Positions 47,381-57,553 of a stretch of DNA of 64,000 bases are shown here, piece after piece (the first letter of the stretch is position 1; every line of letters begins with the position of its first letter). Location: contig NZ_JARYGI010000015.1 of NCBI RefSeq assembly GCF_033795625.1, forward strand, positions 7,518-71,517, in the 5' to 3' direction. The notes beneath the pieces are model-generated. The model was not told the DNA's origin. It saw only the letters and a list, made by a program, of their open reading frames with translations, and searched no databases. The translations under genes and the position numbers were made by a program. Source of the DNA: Sphingobium sp. GTDB lineage: Bacteria > Pseudomonadota > Alphaproteobacteria > Sphingomonadales > Sphingomonadaceae.

Positions 47381-47485
47381 CCTGCGCACCCGGATTTTCT
47401 TGACAATCGGCCCGTATTTCCGCAAGGGCCAGCCAGCTTTTACCGGGCTCGCCCAGTCGCGTGCCCCCTCGTTCCGGACATATGA

Positions 47486-48925
47486 ATGAATTTTGCCGAT
47501 CTCGGCCTATCCGATGAATTGTTAAGGGCGGTCACAGAGGCCGGCTACGACACCCCGACGCCTATTCAGGCGCAGGCAATCCCTTCCGTGCTGATGATGA
47601 AGGACATCATCGGCATTGCCCAGACCGGCACCGGCAAGACCGCAAGCTTCGTGCTGCCGATGATCGACATTCTCGCCCATGGCCGCAGCAGGGCGCGGAT
47701 GCCGCGCTCGCTGATCCTGGAGCCGACCCGCGAACTGGCGGCGCAAGTAGCCGAGAACTTCGAGAAATACGGGAAATATCACAAGCTTTCGATGGCGTTG
47801 CTGATCGGCGGCGTCTCGATGGGCGATCAACTCGCGGCGCTGGAAAAGGGCGTGGACGTGTTGATCGCGACTCCGGGGCGCCTGATGGACCTGTTCGGAC
47901 GCGGCAAGATCATGCTGAACGGCTGCTCGCTGCTCGTGATCGACGAAGCCGACCGGATGCTCGACATGGGGTTTATCCCCGATATCGAGGAAATCTGCAC
48001 GAAGCTGCCTGCGCAGCGCCAGACGCTGCTGTTTTCCGCGACGATGCCGCCCGTCATCAAGAAGCTGGCGGACAAGTTTCTCTCGAGCCCGAAATCGATC
48101 GAAGTTGCCCGCCCGGCGTCCGCCAGCATCAACATCACGCAATGGCTGGTGCCCGTCGAATCACGAAAGAAGCGCGATGTCATCAGCCATATGCTGAAGG
48201 CAGAGGACGTGACCAATGCGATCATCTTCTGCAATCGCAAGACCACCGTGCGCGACCTCAACAAGACGTTGCAGCGTAGCGGCGTTCGTTCCGGCGAAAT
48301 CCACGGTGACATGGACCAGGGATCGCGCATCGCCGAACTCGACCGCTTCAAGCGCGGCGATGTGAACGTTCTCGTCGCGTCCGACGTTGCCGCGCGTGGC
48401 CTGGACATCAAGGGCGTCAGCCACGTGTTTAACTATGACGCGCCTTGGCATCCGGACGATTATGTTCACCGCATCGGACGTACGGGCCGGGCGGGGGCGA
48501 CCGGCGTTGCCTATACCTTCGTTACGCCGGAAGACGCCGAGGCGCTGGACAATATCCAGAAGCTGATCGGCACGAAGATACCGCACTTCGGCGGGGGCAA
48601 AACTGTGGCAGATGCGGTGCCCATCGAAAGCGATGATGCGCCTGCACCCGCCAAGCGCCGGGGGCGCAAGCCTGCCGCCAAGGCAGCAAAACCTGCGGCT
48701 GAGCCCCAAGTTCAACCTGCTGCAGAAGCCGAGCCTGAGGCAGCGGATGCCGCGCCACCATCCGATCGTCAGTCCGCCCCGCGCAGGCCATCCCGTCCCT
48801 CACAAGATCGCGCCGCCGCCCCGCCGCGCCGTCGTGAGAACTCGCAGGACGATGGCCCCGACGAGGGCTGGAATGGCCCAATGCCGGACTTCCTTTCTTT
48901 CGGTTTCAACAGCAGTCCCGCCTGA
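47486..48925 (+). CDS. rhlE: DEAD-box ATP-dependent RNA helicase with basic low-complexity C-terminal tail
   Basis: Q motif 'GYDTPTPIQ', 'AQTGTGKTA', '[13 protein letters not shown]', 'SAT', '[10 protein letters not shown]'. Confidence 0.92.
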   Translation: MNFADLGLSDELLRAVTEAGYDTPTPIQAQAIPSVLMMKDIIGIAQTGTGKTASFVLPMIDILAHGRSRARMPRSLILEPTRELAAQVAENFEKYGKYHKLSMALLIGGVSMGDQLAALEKGVDVLIATPGRLMDLFGRGKIMLNGCSLLVIDEADRMLDMGFIPDIEEICTKLPAQRQTLLFSATMPPVIKKLADKFLSSPKSIEVARPASASINITQWLVPVESRKKRDVISHMLKAEDVTNAIIFCNRKTTVRDLNKTLQRSGVRSGEIHGDMDQGSRIAELDRFKRGDVNVLVASDVAARGLDIKGVSHVFNYDAPWHPDDYVHRIGRTGRAGATGVAYTFVTPEDAEALDNIQKLIGTKIPHFGGGKTVADAVPIESDDAPAPAKRRGRKPAAKAAKPAAEPQVQPAAEAEPEAADAAPPSDRQSAPRRPSRPSQDRAAAPPRRRENSQDDGPDEGWNGPMPDFLSFGFNSSPA

Positions 48926-48995
48926 TCAATTCGCTGCTGCGGACGTCTAAATGGCATTGCATGGGCGAGGTGCCTCGCTTATAGGCGGGCGCCTT

Positions 48996-49071
<76 letters not shown>

Positions 49072-49243
49072 GTATCCGGAGCGTTTTGCCGGCGCCCGCG
49101 GCGGTTCTGTGGCCTGATTCCAGTTCTCTCGAGATTAAAACGCCCCCACGATCCTGAGGGTCAGCAAGAGCGAGCCTTCACATCCGTCGAGGAGGAAGGT
49201 GCCGGAACCAAGGCTATCTCCGCCGCACCGGCCCTGGTCTGTC

Positions 49244-50005
49244 TTATCGAGGCGCCATGCGAATTGCGCCGTCAAGGCGAATGACCTCGCCATTCAGCAT
49301 GGGATTGTCGATGATGCTCGCAACCAGTTGGGCGTACTCTTCGGGCTTTCCAAGGCGGCTGGGATGAGGAACCTGGGTACCTAGGCTGTCCTGCGCTGCC
49401 TGCGGCAAACCCATCAACATGGGCGTCATGAAGATACCGGGTGCTATCGTCATGACTCGGATTTTATGTTGAGCCAGATCGCGCGCCACGGGCAGCGTCA
49501 TGCCGGCAACGCCCGCTTTGGACGACGCGTAGGCCGCTTGTCCGATCTGGCCGTCATACGCCGCGACTGAAGCGGTATTGATGATCACGCCGCGTTCCTC
49601 GCCAACTGGATCGGCTGCTGCCAGCTTTGCAGCGAACTTGCTGACGACGATGAATGTTCCGATGAGGTTGATTTCGATGGCTTTGCGGAAGGCTTCAATC
49701 GGGTGCGGCGCATTTTCGCGGCCCACTGTCTTGATGGCTGGGGCAATGCCAGCGCAGTTCACGACCACTCGGGCAACGCCATGGGTTTCCTCCGCCTTTT
49801 CGATGCCTTCAATCACGCTGGCTTCGTCTGTGACATCGACCTTGCAGAATAGCCCGCCGATTTCCTGCGCGGCAGCCCTGCCGGCTTCTTCGTTCAGATC
49901 GAAGATCGCCACTCTTGCGCCGCGGCTGGCCAGCATCTTCGCCGTCGCTCCACCCAGGCCGGATGCGCCTCCGGTGACGATCGCGCCAATACCCTGCAGT
50001 TCCAT
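49244..50005 (-). CDS. SDR-family 3-hydroxyacyl-CoA dehydrogenase (type II HADH-like)
   Basis: 'AIVTGGASGLGGATA', 'NCAGIA', catalytic 'YASSKAGVAGMTLPVARDL', 'RLGKPEEYAQLV'. Confidence 0.85.
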   Translation of the reverse strand: MELQGIGAIVTGGASGLGGATAKMLASRGARVAIFDLNEEAGRAAAQEIGGLFCKVDVTDEASVIEGIEKAEETHGVARVVVNCAGIAPAIKTVGRENAPHPIEAFRKAIEINLIGTFIVVSKFAAKLAAADPVGEERGVIINTASVAAYDGQIGQAAYASSKAGVAGMTLPVARDLAQHKIRVMTIAPGIFMTPMLMGLPQAAQDSLGTQVPHPSRLGKPEEYAQLVASIIDNPMLNGEVIRLDGAIRMAPR

Positions 50006-50026
50006 TCCATCTATCCTTTATGGGCG

Positions 50027-51211
50027 TCAGACGAGTTCGACAGCCATGGCCGTGGCTTCACCGCCGCCGATGCACAGACTGGCCACGCCTCGCTTGAGTC
50101 CACGATTTTCCAACGCGCCGAGCAGCGTCGCAATAATGCGTGTACCCGAAGCGCCGATCGGATGCCCAAGCGCGGTAGCGCCGCCGTTGACGTTCAATTT
50201 GTCTTCCGGGATATTCAGCTCTCTCGCAGCTATCATGGCGACGACCGCAAAGGCTTCGTTGACTTCAAACAGGTCTACATCGGCGATGTCCCAGCCCGCT
50301 CTGGCGAGCAGCTTCCTGATAGCCGGAACGGGCGCAGTCGCGAACTTGGCGGGTTCATGGGCATGAGCGGCGGTAGCGACCACCTTCGCCACGATCTTCA
50401 ATCCGAGCCTGTCAGCGACGCTTTGACGCGTCATTACGAGCGCCGCCGCGCCATCGGAAATCGATGATGCGTTGGCGGCGGTGATCGTCCCGTCCTTCAC
50501 GAACGCGGGCTTGAGCGATGGGATCTTTTCGGGCTTCGCCTTGCCGGGCTGTTCGTCGGTTTCGACCAGAACGTCGCCGCCCCGGCTGTTCACGGTGACG
50601 GAAGTGATCTCCCTGTTGAAAGCGCCATCTCCGATGGCGGCGTTCGCCCTGCTCAGCGAACGGATCGCGTAATCGTCCTGCTGACTGCGCGTGAATTGAT
50701 AGTCGCGTGCCGTCTCTTCAGCGAAGACGCCCATCGCCTTGCCGGGTTCGTAGGCGTCTTCCAGCCCGTCCATCATCATCGTGTCGATGATGCGATCGTG
50801 GCCGATCCGGGCGCCGGAACGATGCTTGGGCAGCGCGTAAGGCGCGTTGGTCATGCTTTCCATGCCGCCTGCAATGGCGACATCGATCGATCCCGCCGCC
50901 AGCGCGTCGTAGGCCATGATCGCTGCCTGCATACCCGATCCGCACATCTTGTTCACGGTCGTCGCTTCCACCGATTGCGGAAGGCCGGCACCGAGCGCAG
51001 CCTGGCGGGCAGGCGCCTGCCCAAGCCCCGCAGACAAGACGCAACCCATATAGATGCGCTCTATGAGATCTGGAGAAACGCCTGAGCGTTCGACGGCCGC
51101 CCGGACCGCAGTTGCACCGAGGTCGGTTGCCTTGACGCCGGAGAGGGCGCCCTGGAATCCGCCCATAGGTGTGCGCGCATAACTTGCGATGACTACTGGA
51201 TCATTGGGCAT
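50027..51211 (-). CDS. Acetyl-CoA C-acyltransferase (thiolase)
   Basis: 'TVNKMCGSGMQA' (active-site Cys), 'NVNGGATALGHPIGASG', 'ASLCIGGGEATAMAVE'. Confidence 0.93.
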   Translation of the reverse strand: MPNDPVVIASYARTPMGGFQGALSGVKATDLGATAVRAAVERSGVSPDLIERIYMGCVLSAGLGQAPARQAALGAGLPQSVEATTVNKMCGSGMQAAIMAYDALAAGSIDVAIAGGMESMTNAPYALPKHRSGARIGHDRIIDTMMMDGLEDAYEPGKAMGVFAEETARDYQFTRSQQDDYAIRSLSRANAAIGDGAFNREITSVTVNSRGGDVLVETDEQPGKAKPEKIPSLKPAFVKDGTITAANASSISDGAAALVMTRQSVADRLGLKIVAKVVATAAHAHEPAKFATAPVPAIRKLLARAGWDIADVDLFEVNEAFAVVAMIAARELNIPEDKLNVNGGATALGHPIGASGTRIIATLLGALENRGLKRGVASLCIGGGEATAMAVELV

Positions 51212-51359
51212 GGCGGGTTCCTAAATATGCAAGCGACGAAAGAGGCATCTCACCGGCAAATGCACCGGGTTCAGCAAAACTCATCTCATTCATCTACTGA
51301 CGAGTATATTGCCTTCCAGTGAGTTTCCTGTCAATAAGTAGGAACGACGAGGACTTGCT

Positions 51360-51986
51360 TTGAATCATCCGCAACCGCCATTTCGCACCTCGCAGCAAAA
51401 GCAGGAAGATCGCGCTGCCAAGCGCCACGCCGTGTTGAGAGCCGCCGTGCAGATGTTCAACGAACGCGGCTTCCATGCCACTTCGCTGGATGATGTGGCG
51501 GCGGCGCTGGGTATCTCCAAGCCGACGATTTATCACTATCTGGGGAACAAGGATCAGGTCCTGCTGGAGTGCGTGACGATTGGTCTTCAGCAATTGCTCG
51601 AAGCCGCCGCAGCCGCACGCGAGCAGCCGGGCAGCGGCGCAGACAGGCTGCGGAGCTTCCTCCGACGCTATGGCGAAGTCACGATGGACGACTTTGGCCG
51701 CTGCATTGTCCGAACGAGTGAAGAGGCTTTGTCGCCTGAGAGTGTCCGCAGGTTTCGCGCTTTGAAAAGAGAGATCGACGATGCCATGCGTTCGCTCATC
51801 GAGGAGGGGATTGCAGACGGTTCCGTTTCGCCCTGTGATCCCAAGCTGCTGGCTTTTACCCTTGCGGGCGCTCTTAACTGGCCCGCGCGGTGGCATGACC
51901 CGTCAGGCCCGCAAAGCGCACAGGAGATCGCCAGTTGCCTGGTATCCATCCTTTCCTCCGGTTTTACGCCCCGCAAGGACGCTTAG
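51360..51986 (+). CDS. TetR/AcrR family transcriptional regulator
   Basis: HTH 'RGFHATSLDDVAAALGISKPTIYHYLGNKDQVL'. Divergent from the thiolase-SDR pair. TTG start. Confidence 0.85.
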   Translation: MNHPQPPFRTSQQKQEDRAAKRHAVLRAAVQMFNERGFHATSLDDVAAALGISKPTIYHYLGNKDQVLLECVTIGLQQLLEAAAAAREQPGSGADRLRSFLRRYGEVTMDDFGRCIVRTSEEALSPESVRRFRALKREIDDAMRSLIEEGIADGSVSPCDPKLLAFTLAGALNWPARWHDPSGPQSAQEIASCLVSILSSGFTPRKDA

Positions 51987-51995
51987 CCGTCGCGG

Positions 51996-53414
51996 CTATC
52001 TTCGGGTCGCAGTATACCAGGACACGCCGACCTGATTGCGCGCGATCGGCTGAAGGTCAGACGGGGCTCCGGCGTCCACAATCCCGTTCGATGAATATAG
52101 CAGGCCATTTGCGGCACGGCTGAGAGCGATGGGTTTCACATCGGCCGCGGGGGTGGGAAGGCCCGCGGCGGGCGTGTTCACTATGTTGCGGGCGAAGTCC
52201 ACGCCCGCTGTGTCCGTGGTCACCTTGAACGGGCTCACATCACCTGTACCTGTCACCAGGTTGCCGGTGAAGCGCGTGCGCACGGGCGGCGCGGAAAGCT
52301 TCGAGCTTGCGCCTGCTCCAATCGCAATCTCGGTGGCATCGATGACGCTGTTACGTTCGATCAGGGTGTCAGCCACCTGTCCATATCCGTTCAACGGAGC
52401 GTCCCGCGCGCCATTCATGATCGAGATGGCAGCATAATAGCCGCTGCCCGTAACGCCCTCGATATAGTTGTCTCGCACGGTTTGTTGCGCGTTGATAATC
52501 CGGATGCCGCCGGTGTCTGGTTTGCTCTTGCCCAGTATGACGTTCCGCTCGACCAGATTGCCGCTCCCATGGCGGAGCACGATTGATCCTTGGGAGGCGA
52601 TTATCACGTTCCCACGGACGACATTTCCGCCGGACTTGATCGATATGATCTCGGCCTCGCCGTCGCATTCTTCGAAGTAATTATCTTCGATGATCGTCTT
52701 CGACGCCGAGCCGGATAGCTCACTCGTCCCGACGCGGATGGTTTCGCCCCCATTCTTGCCCAGCGGCGGTCTATGGCCAAAATAATTGTGGTCGATCCGA
52801 TGACGATCCTCCGGCGATCTGGGATCGTCGCGGATCACGGCCAGCGTAACGCCCCGGCTGCGTTTGCCCAGGATATGGGAGTGGTCCACGCGGTTGTCAT
52901 GGCCATAGATCGCAATCCAGTTCTCTCCCTGTTCAGGATCAGGCTGGCTGAAGTCGTCGATCACGATCTCCGTGATACGAGAGTAGGAGGCGAGCGCCCC
53001 CTGCTTCTTGCGAAACGAGATCACGTCCGCGTCGGCGCTATATCCATCTCGGAAGACCAGTCCCGAAACGATCAGATGCTCGCCGGCCAGTCGCAGATTG
53101 GATCGCCCCGTTATTGCAACGGCTCCCTTTGTCTGCGCGCGTAAGGTTATGGGATTGCTGGCCGTCCCATGCGCCTCAAAGACGATCTCGAAATTCTTCC
53201 ATTCCCCATTGGCAAGGGTTACCACATCGCCCGGAATCAGCGTTGGGACGACGCGATCATACTCAGCGATACTGCGCACCAGATAATCGTGGGAGGTGCC
53301 TGGACTTGCACAGCCAGTCAGCGCCAGTGTGCAGACGATCCTGAAGGCCGAGAGGCGCAGGCGACTCACGCCGAGCAATCGGATACGCGTTTGCGGGAAT
53401 TTGCGTTTTCTCAC
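51996..53414 (-). CDS. Polysaccharide lyase family 6-like (chondroitinase-B/alginate-lyase type right-handed beta-helix) lipoprotein
   Basis: Lipobox 'LALTGC'. 'GENWIAIYGHDNRVDHSHILGK...IDHNYFGHRPPLGKNGGETIRVGTSE...IIEDNYFEECDGEAEIISIKSGGNVVRGN' matches my recollection of PL6. Visibly lower GC than the surroundings. Confidence 0.7.
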   Translation of the reverse strand: MRKRKFPQTRIRLLGVSRLRLSAFRIVCTLALTGCASPGTSHDYLVRSIAEYDRVVPTLIPGDVVTLANGEWKNFEIVFEAHGTASNPITLRAQTKGAVAITGRSNLRLAGEHLIVSGLVFRDGYSADADVISFRKKQGALASYSRITEIVIDDFSQPDPEQGENWIAIYGHDNRVDHSHILGKRSRGVTLAVIRDDPRSPEDRHRIDHNYFGHRPPLGKNGGETIRVGTSELSGSASKTIIEDNYFEECDGEAEIISIKSGGNVVRGNVIIASQGSIVLRHGSGNLVERNVILGKSKPDTGGIRIINAQQTVRDNYIEGVTGSGYYAAISIMNGARDAPLNGYGQVADTLIERNSVIDATEIAIGAGASSKLSAPPVRTRFTGNLVTGTGDVSPFKVTTDTAGVDFARNIVNTPAAGLPTPAADVKPIALSRAANGLLYSSNGIVDAGAPSDLQPIARNQVGVSWYTATRR

Positions 53415-53594
53415 ACGCGCTCCCTATCATCTACTCCAGGAGCGTACTAGTCGGTTTGTTCGAGCAATGTCCTTTGCGACCAATCCATCCGCGGAGCTTC
53501 AGGTGGAAGCATCTCCCGGAAGCGATCATGTTGTGGTACCCAAGCCCAATCCCGCTCAGCGCCATGTTGCCCCACTTCATAATCAGGAACTCGC

Positions 53595-54413
53595 ATGACG
53601 ATTGACCTGCCTCGTATTCGGTCTGCACTTTATCTTCCCGCATCCAATCCAAGAGGCCTGACAAAGGCCCGAACTTTGCCAGTGGACATGCTCATCCTGG
53701 ACCTGGAAGATGCCGTCAGGCACGAGGATAAGGAGGCGGCGCGTAAGGCCGCTGTCTCGGCCGTGGCGGAGGGCTTTGGCGACAAGATAGTGTCGATTCG
53801 AGTGAATGCTTTGGGAACGCCCTGGCACGATGACGATGTCGCGGCCGTAAGGCATGCTCAGGTGCCGCTGGCCGTCCTTCCAAAGGCGACCACGGCAGAT
53901 GCGACGTCGAAAGTCATTGAGGCCCTTGGCAAGCCCGTTTTTGCGATGATCGAAACCATTCCGGGCATCCGTCAGGCCCTGGAAATTGCGGCCGTACCGG
54001 GCGTAGCTGGCCTGATCGCGGGTACGAACGACATTGCGGTCGAGCTGAAATTGCCAGCCGATGCTGACCGGCGGGGCCTTACTCTTGCTCTCCAGACCAT
54101 CGTACTGGCCGCAAGGTCATCAGGCGCAATTGTCCTGGACGGCGTCTACAATCGCCTCGATGATCCTGACGGCCTTTGGGAAGAGGCGAGGGAAGGGCGC
54201 GCCATGGGTTTCGACGGGAAGACGCTGATCCATCCCAACCAGATTGAGCCGACGAATAGAGCTTTCGCTCCGGATGCGGCCGAAATCGAGTATGCGCGGG
54301 CAATGGTGGAAGCAGCGACGGGGGGAGCGGAGCGCTTTAGAGGCCGGATGGTAGAGACGATGCATGTCGCTGCAGCGCGTCGATTGCTCCAGGAGGTGGA
54401 GCAGCGGAAATAG
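53595..54413 (+). CDS. HpcH/HpaI aldolase / citrate-lyase beta subunit (CitE)-like, malyl-CoA-lyase-type protein
   Basis: 'RSALYLPASNPRGLTKARTLPVDMLILDLEDAV', 'MIETIPGI', 'GFDGKTLIHPNQI'. Confidence 0.85.
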   Translation: MTIDLPRIRSALYLPASNPRGLTKARTLPVDMLILDLEDAVRHEDKEAARKAAVSAVAEGFGDKIVSIRVNALGTPWHDDDVAAVRHAQVPLAVLPKATTADATSKVIEALGKPVFAMIETIPGIRQALEIAAVPGVAGLIAGTNDIAVELKLPADADRRGLTLALQTIVLAARSSGAIVLDGVYNRLDDPDGLWEEAREGRAMGFDGKTLIHPNQIEPTNRAFAPDAAEIEYARAMVEAATGGAERFRGRMVETMHVAAARRLLQEVEQRK

Positions 54414-54422
54414 GCAATTCGC

Positions 54423-54496
54423 TGGAGCGGGTAGCGGGGATCGAACCCGCATCACAAGCTTGGAAGGCTAGTGCTCTACCATTGAGCTATACCCGC
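54423..54496 (-). tRNA. tRNA-Gly (anticodon UCC)
   Basis: The reverse complement reads GCGGGTATAGCTCAATGGTAGAGCACTAGCCTTCCAAGCTTGTGATGCGGGTTCGATCCCCGCTACCCGCTCCA. Acceptor GCGGGTA/TACCCGC, anticodon loop CTTCCAA, T arm GCGGG-TTCGATC-CCCGC, encoded CCA. One U-U mismatch in the anticodon stem. Confidence 0.9.
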
Positions 54497-54739
54497 TTTT
54501 CGACAATCCGGTTGCGGTAAGCATCCTGCTTTCAGGCTGCTGCAGCACGTCGCGAAGCAGGGGACGCATTGCCATCAACAACGGTGCGTCGTCAACACCG
54601 TCTTTCTCGATTTTGCGCATGCCTTCGGAGAGTGTTCGCCAGACCGCATGATGCCCTGTTCGAGTGCTTGCGCTGGACGAAGCGAGCGGTTGTCGGTTAC
54701 GGAGCCCAACTTCTTCCCACATGATTCAAAGTATCTTCG

Positions 54740-55126
54740 ATGACCCGCACCCTGATTTCCTCCGGCTCTCCCTTCGAAACCCAGGTGGGCTATTCGCGGG
54801 CGGTGGTTCAGGGCGACTGGTGTTTTGTGGCAGGCACGACCGGCTACGACCCGGACACCAAGGCGATGCCTGACGATGTCACGGATCAGGCGCGTAATGC
54901 GCTGGCCGTCATCGGCAAAGCGCTTGCGGAAGGCGGATTTAGATTTGAGGAGGTAGTCCGCGCGACCTACTACATCAGCGATGCCGCATATTGGGACGTG
55001 ATCGGCCCGGTGCTGGGCAAGGTGTTTGGCGAAATCCGGCCAGCGGCAACCTGCATCGTCTGCGGGTTGGTGAAGCCTGAGATGAAGATCGAGATCGAAG
55101 TGACGGCGCTGCGAGCTTCGGTATGA
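54740..55126 (+). CDS. RidA/YjgF/UK114 family protein
   Basis: 'GYSRAVVQGDWCFVAGTTGYD', 'RPAATCIVCGLVKPEMKIEIEVTA'. Confidence 0.85.
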   Translation: MTRTLISSGSPFETQVGYSRAVVQGDWCFVAGTTGYDPDTKAMPDDVTDQARNALAVIGKALAEGGFRFEEVVRATYYISDAAYWDVIGPVLGKVFGEIRPAATCIVCGLVKPEMKIEIEVTALRASV

Positions 55127-56052
55127 CCGTTCAGCCGCGGCGCATCGTCTCGCTGCTGCCGAGCGCGACCGAAATTGCGGTGTCGCTTGGCTTTGGCGGC
55201 GAGTTGGTCGGGCGAAGCCACGAATGCGACTGGCCAGCCAGCGTCGAAGCCTTGCCGCCGATCACGGCATCGAAGCTGGCCAAGGGATTGAAGTCGGGCG
55301 AGATCGAGTTGCGGGTGCAGGAGATCGTGGCGTCCGGACTTTCGGTCTATGAAGTGGACGGTCAAAGGCTACGCGATCTGGAACCGGATGTGATCCTCAC
55401 CCAGACCCAGTGCGCCGTGTGTGCCGTCACACCGGCCGATCTGGAAGAGGCGATTGCGGCGTGGACTGGCAAGGCGCCGGTGCTGATCAGCCTCGCGCCC
55501 GATGATCTGGCGGATGTCTGGGGGGATTTTGCGCGTGTCGGAGCCGCCTTGAATGCGGAGGATCGTGCGGGCGAGGTGGTGGCCGAGCTGAAAGCCAGGA
55601 TGGCCGCGATCGGCGCCGCCGTAGCCGACCGACCTAAGCCGCGTGTAGCTGCGATCGAGTGGCTCGACCCGCTCATGGTCGCCGGAAATTGGGTGCCCGA
55701 ATTGATTGAGGCCGCAGGAGGAGAGAGCGTGCTTGCGACGCCGGGACAGCATTCGCCATGGATCGAATGGGAGCAACTGTCGGCAGCGGACCCGGACCGC
55801 ATCGTGCTTATGCCGTGCGGTTTCCGGATCGAGCAGGCGCTGGCGGAACTGCCCGCGCTGGCTGCCGACCCGCGCTGGCAGTCCTTGCGCGCCGTGAGGG
55901 ACGGGCAGGTCTATGCGACGGACGGGCAGTATTTCTTCAATCGGCCGGGGCCGCGGCTGGTCGAGTCAGCGGAGATCCTGGCGGAGATATGCCATCGCGA
56001 CGCCGTATCCTACGGCCATGAAGGTGCGGCCTGGGTGCGGGTGGCATCGTAA
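55123..56052 (+). CDS. BtuF/FecB-type (class III periplasmic-binding-fold) cobalamin/siderophore-binding-like protein without a recognisable signal peptide
   Basis: 'RIVSLLPSATEIAVSLGFGGELVGRSHECDWP', 'PDVILTQ', 'VAGNWVPELIEAAGG'. The ATG overlaps the RidA stop (ATGA). Confidence 0.78.
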   Translation: MTVQPRRIVSLLPSATEIAVSLGFGGELVGRSHECDWPASVEALPPITASKLAKGLKSGEIELRVQEIVASGLSVYEVDGQRLRDLEPDVILTQTQCAVCAVTPADLEEAIAAWTGKAPVLISLAPDDLADVWGDFARVGAALNAEDRAGEVVAELKARMAAIGAAVADRPKPRVAAIEWLDPLMVAGNWVPELIEAAGGESVLATPGQHSPWIEWEQLSAADPDRIVLMPCGFRIEQALAELPALAADPRWQSLRAVRDGQVYATDGQYFFNRPGPRLVESAEILAEICHRDAVSYGHEGAAWVRVAS

Positions 56053-56077
56053 GCATGGTATTTACAGGGGCTTGCAC

Positions 56078-56425
56078 ATGACGATCACAATGTACGGCAT
56101 CAAGAACTGCGACACGATCAAGAAAGCGCGCACGTGGCTGGAAGGGCAGGGAATCGCCTACACGTTCCATGATTACAAGGCGTTGGGAATAGATGCTGAG
56201 ACTCTGAAGGGATGGGTAGAGGAGCAGGGTTGGGAGGTTGTCCTGAACCGTGCGGGCACCACTTTTCGCGCACTGCCAGATGCGGACAAGCAGGGGATCG
56301 ACGCGGACAAGGCCGTTTCGCTGATGGTCGCGAACCCTTCCATGATAAAACGTCCGGTACTGGATCTGGGGAGCAAACGCCTGGTAGGCTTCAAGCCGGA
56401 TGCTTACGCAGCGGCCTTCGCCTGA
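56078..56425 (+). CDS. ArsC/Spx-family reductase-like protein (YffB type)
   Basis: 'MTITMYGIKNCDTIKKARTWLEGQGIAYTFHDYK', 'NRAGTTFR', 'PSMIKRPVL'. Confidence 0.88.
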   Translation: MTITMYGIKNCDTIKKARTWLEGQGIAYTFHDYKALGIDAETLKGWVEEQGWEVVLNRAGTTFRALPDADKQGIDADKAVSLMVANPSMIKRPVLDLGSKRLVGFKPDAYAAAFA

Positions 56426-56462
56426 GCGTCATATCCTTGTCTCATGCCGGCGTTACGGCAAG

Positions 56463-57488
56463 ATGATGCTTAAAAGCCTGTTTGCAGCGACGCTGCTCGC
56501 CGTTATCCCTTCGCTTGCCATGGCAGAGCCGATCATCATTGCGCATCGGGGCGCGAGTGGAGAGCGGCCCGAGCATACGCTTGCCGCCTATGAGCGCGCG
56601 ATCGATCAGGGCGCGGACTATATCGAACCCGATCTGGTGCTTACCAAAGACGGCGTGCTGGTCGTCCGGCACGAAAATGAGATCGGCGGGACCACCGACG
56701 TAGCCTCGCATCCCGAATTCGCCGACCGGAAGGCGACCAAGACGATTGACGGCATGAATCTGACCGGCTGGTTCACCGAAGACTTCACGCTCGCGGAACT
56801 GCGCACGCTTAGGGCACGGGAGCGGCTGCCGGAGGTGCGAACTGCCAACCGCCGCTTCGACGGGCTGTATCAGGTGCCGACGTTCGAGGAAGTGCTGAAG
56901 CTGATCGAGGCAAAGGATGCGGAGTTGCGGCGGCGCATCGGCATATATCCCGAAACCAAGCATCCGACATATTTCGCGTCCATCGGCCTCCCTCATGAAG
57001 CAGCATTGCTGGGGCTGTTGGAAAAATATGGCTACACGGGCGCTGACGATCCGGCTTTCATCCAGTCGTTCGAAGTCGGCAACCTCAAGGCGCTGCGCAG
57101 CAAGACCCGGCTGCGGCTCGTGCAACTGGTCGATGCACAGGGAGGCCCGGCCGATCAGGCCGGCATCAGCTACAGCGACATGCTCACTGCGCAAGGTATG
57201 CGGCAGGTCGCTACCTATGCTGATGCCCTCGGCGCCAATGGCTCCCTGATCATAGGGCCTGATGGCGCAGATACGGGCTTCGTGGCCCGCGCGCATGAGG
57301 CAGGACTGGAGGTTCACATGTGGACCTTGCGTGCAGAAAACATGTTCCTGCCAGCCGCTTTCAGGCGCGGGGATGATCCCGCAGCGCATGGAGACTTCGC
57401 TGCTGCAGTGAAGGCGCTTGTCGCTACGAAGCTTGATGGCTTCTTCACCGACTTCCCTGGACAAGCGCGAGCAGCAGCAGGCCACTGA
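56463..57488 (+). CDS. glpQ: Periplasmic glycerophosphodiester phosphodiesterase
   Basis: Signal 'MMLKSLFAATLLAVIPSLAMA', then 'IIIAHRGASGERPEHTLAAYERAIDQGADYIEPDLVLTKDGVLVVRHE'. Confidence 0.9.
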   Translation: MMLKSLFAATLLAVIPSLAMAEPIIIAHRGASGERPEHTLAAYERAIDQGADYIEPDLVLTKDGVLVVRHENEIGGTTDVASHPEFADRKATKTIDGMNLTGWFTEDFTLAELRTLRARERLPEVRTANRRFDGLYQVPTFEEVLKLIEAKDAELRRRIGIYPETKHPTYFASIGLPHEAALLGLLEKYGYTGADDPAFIQSFEVGNLKALRSKTRLRLVQLVDAQGGPADQAGISYSDMLTAQGMRQVATYADALGANGSLIIGPDGADTGFVARAHEAGLEVHMWTLRAENMFLPAAFRRGDDPAAHGDFAAAVKALVATKLDGFFTDFPGQARAAAGH

Positions 57489-57509
57489 CAGGAAATCCGG
57501 CTATCTCTT

Positions 57510-57538
57510 CCATAGCGCTTGAAATTCGTCCGCTATGG
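57510..57538. promoter_or_regulatory. 8-bp perfect inverted repeat (13-nt spacer) just upstream of the Rrf2 regulator gene: candidate operator or hairpin
   Basis: 'ccatagcg' 57510-57517 and 'cgctatgg' 57531-57538. Lies between the glpQ stop (57488) and the Rrf2 ATG (57554). No T-run follows. Confidence 0.3.
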
Positions 57539-57553
57539 GTGAATTGAAGAGAA

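Noticed and set aside
54468-54722. 84-aa minus-strand ORF next to tRNA-Gly. Considered as a possible integrase or island remnant.
   Set aside because: The reading frame runs into and terminates inside the tRNA-Gly gene. The translation shows no integrase, recombinase or other motifs. I found no repeat of the tRNA 3' end.
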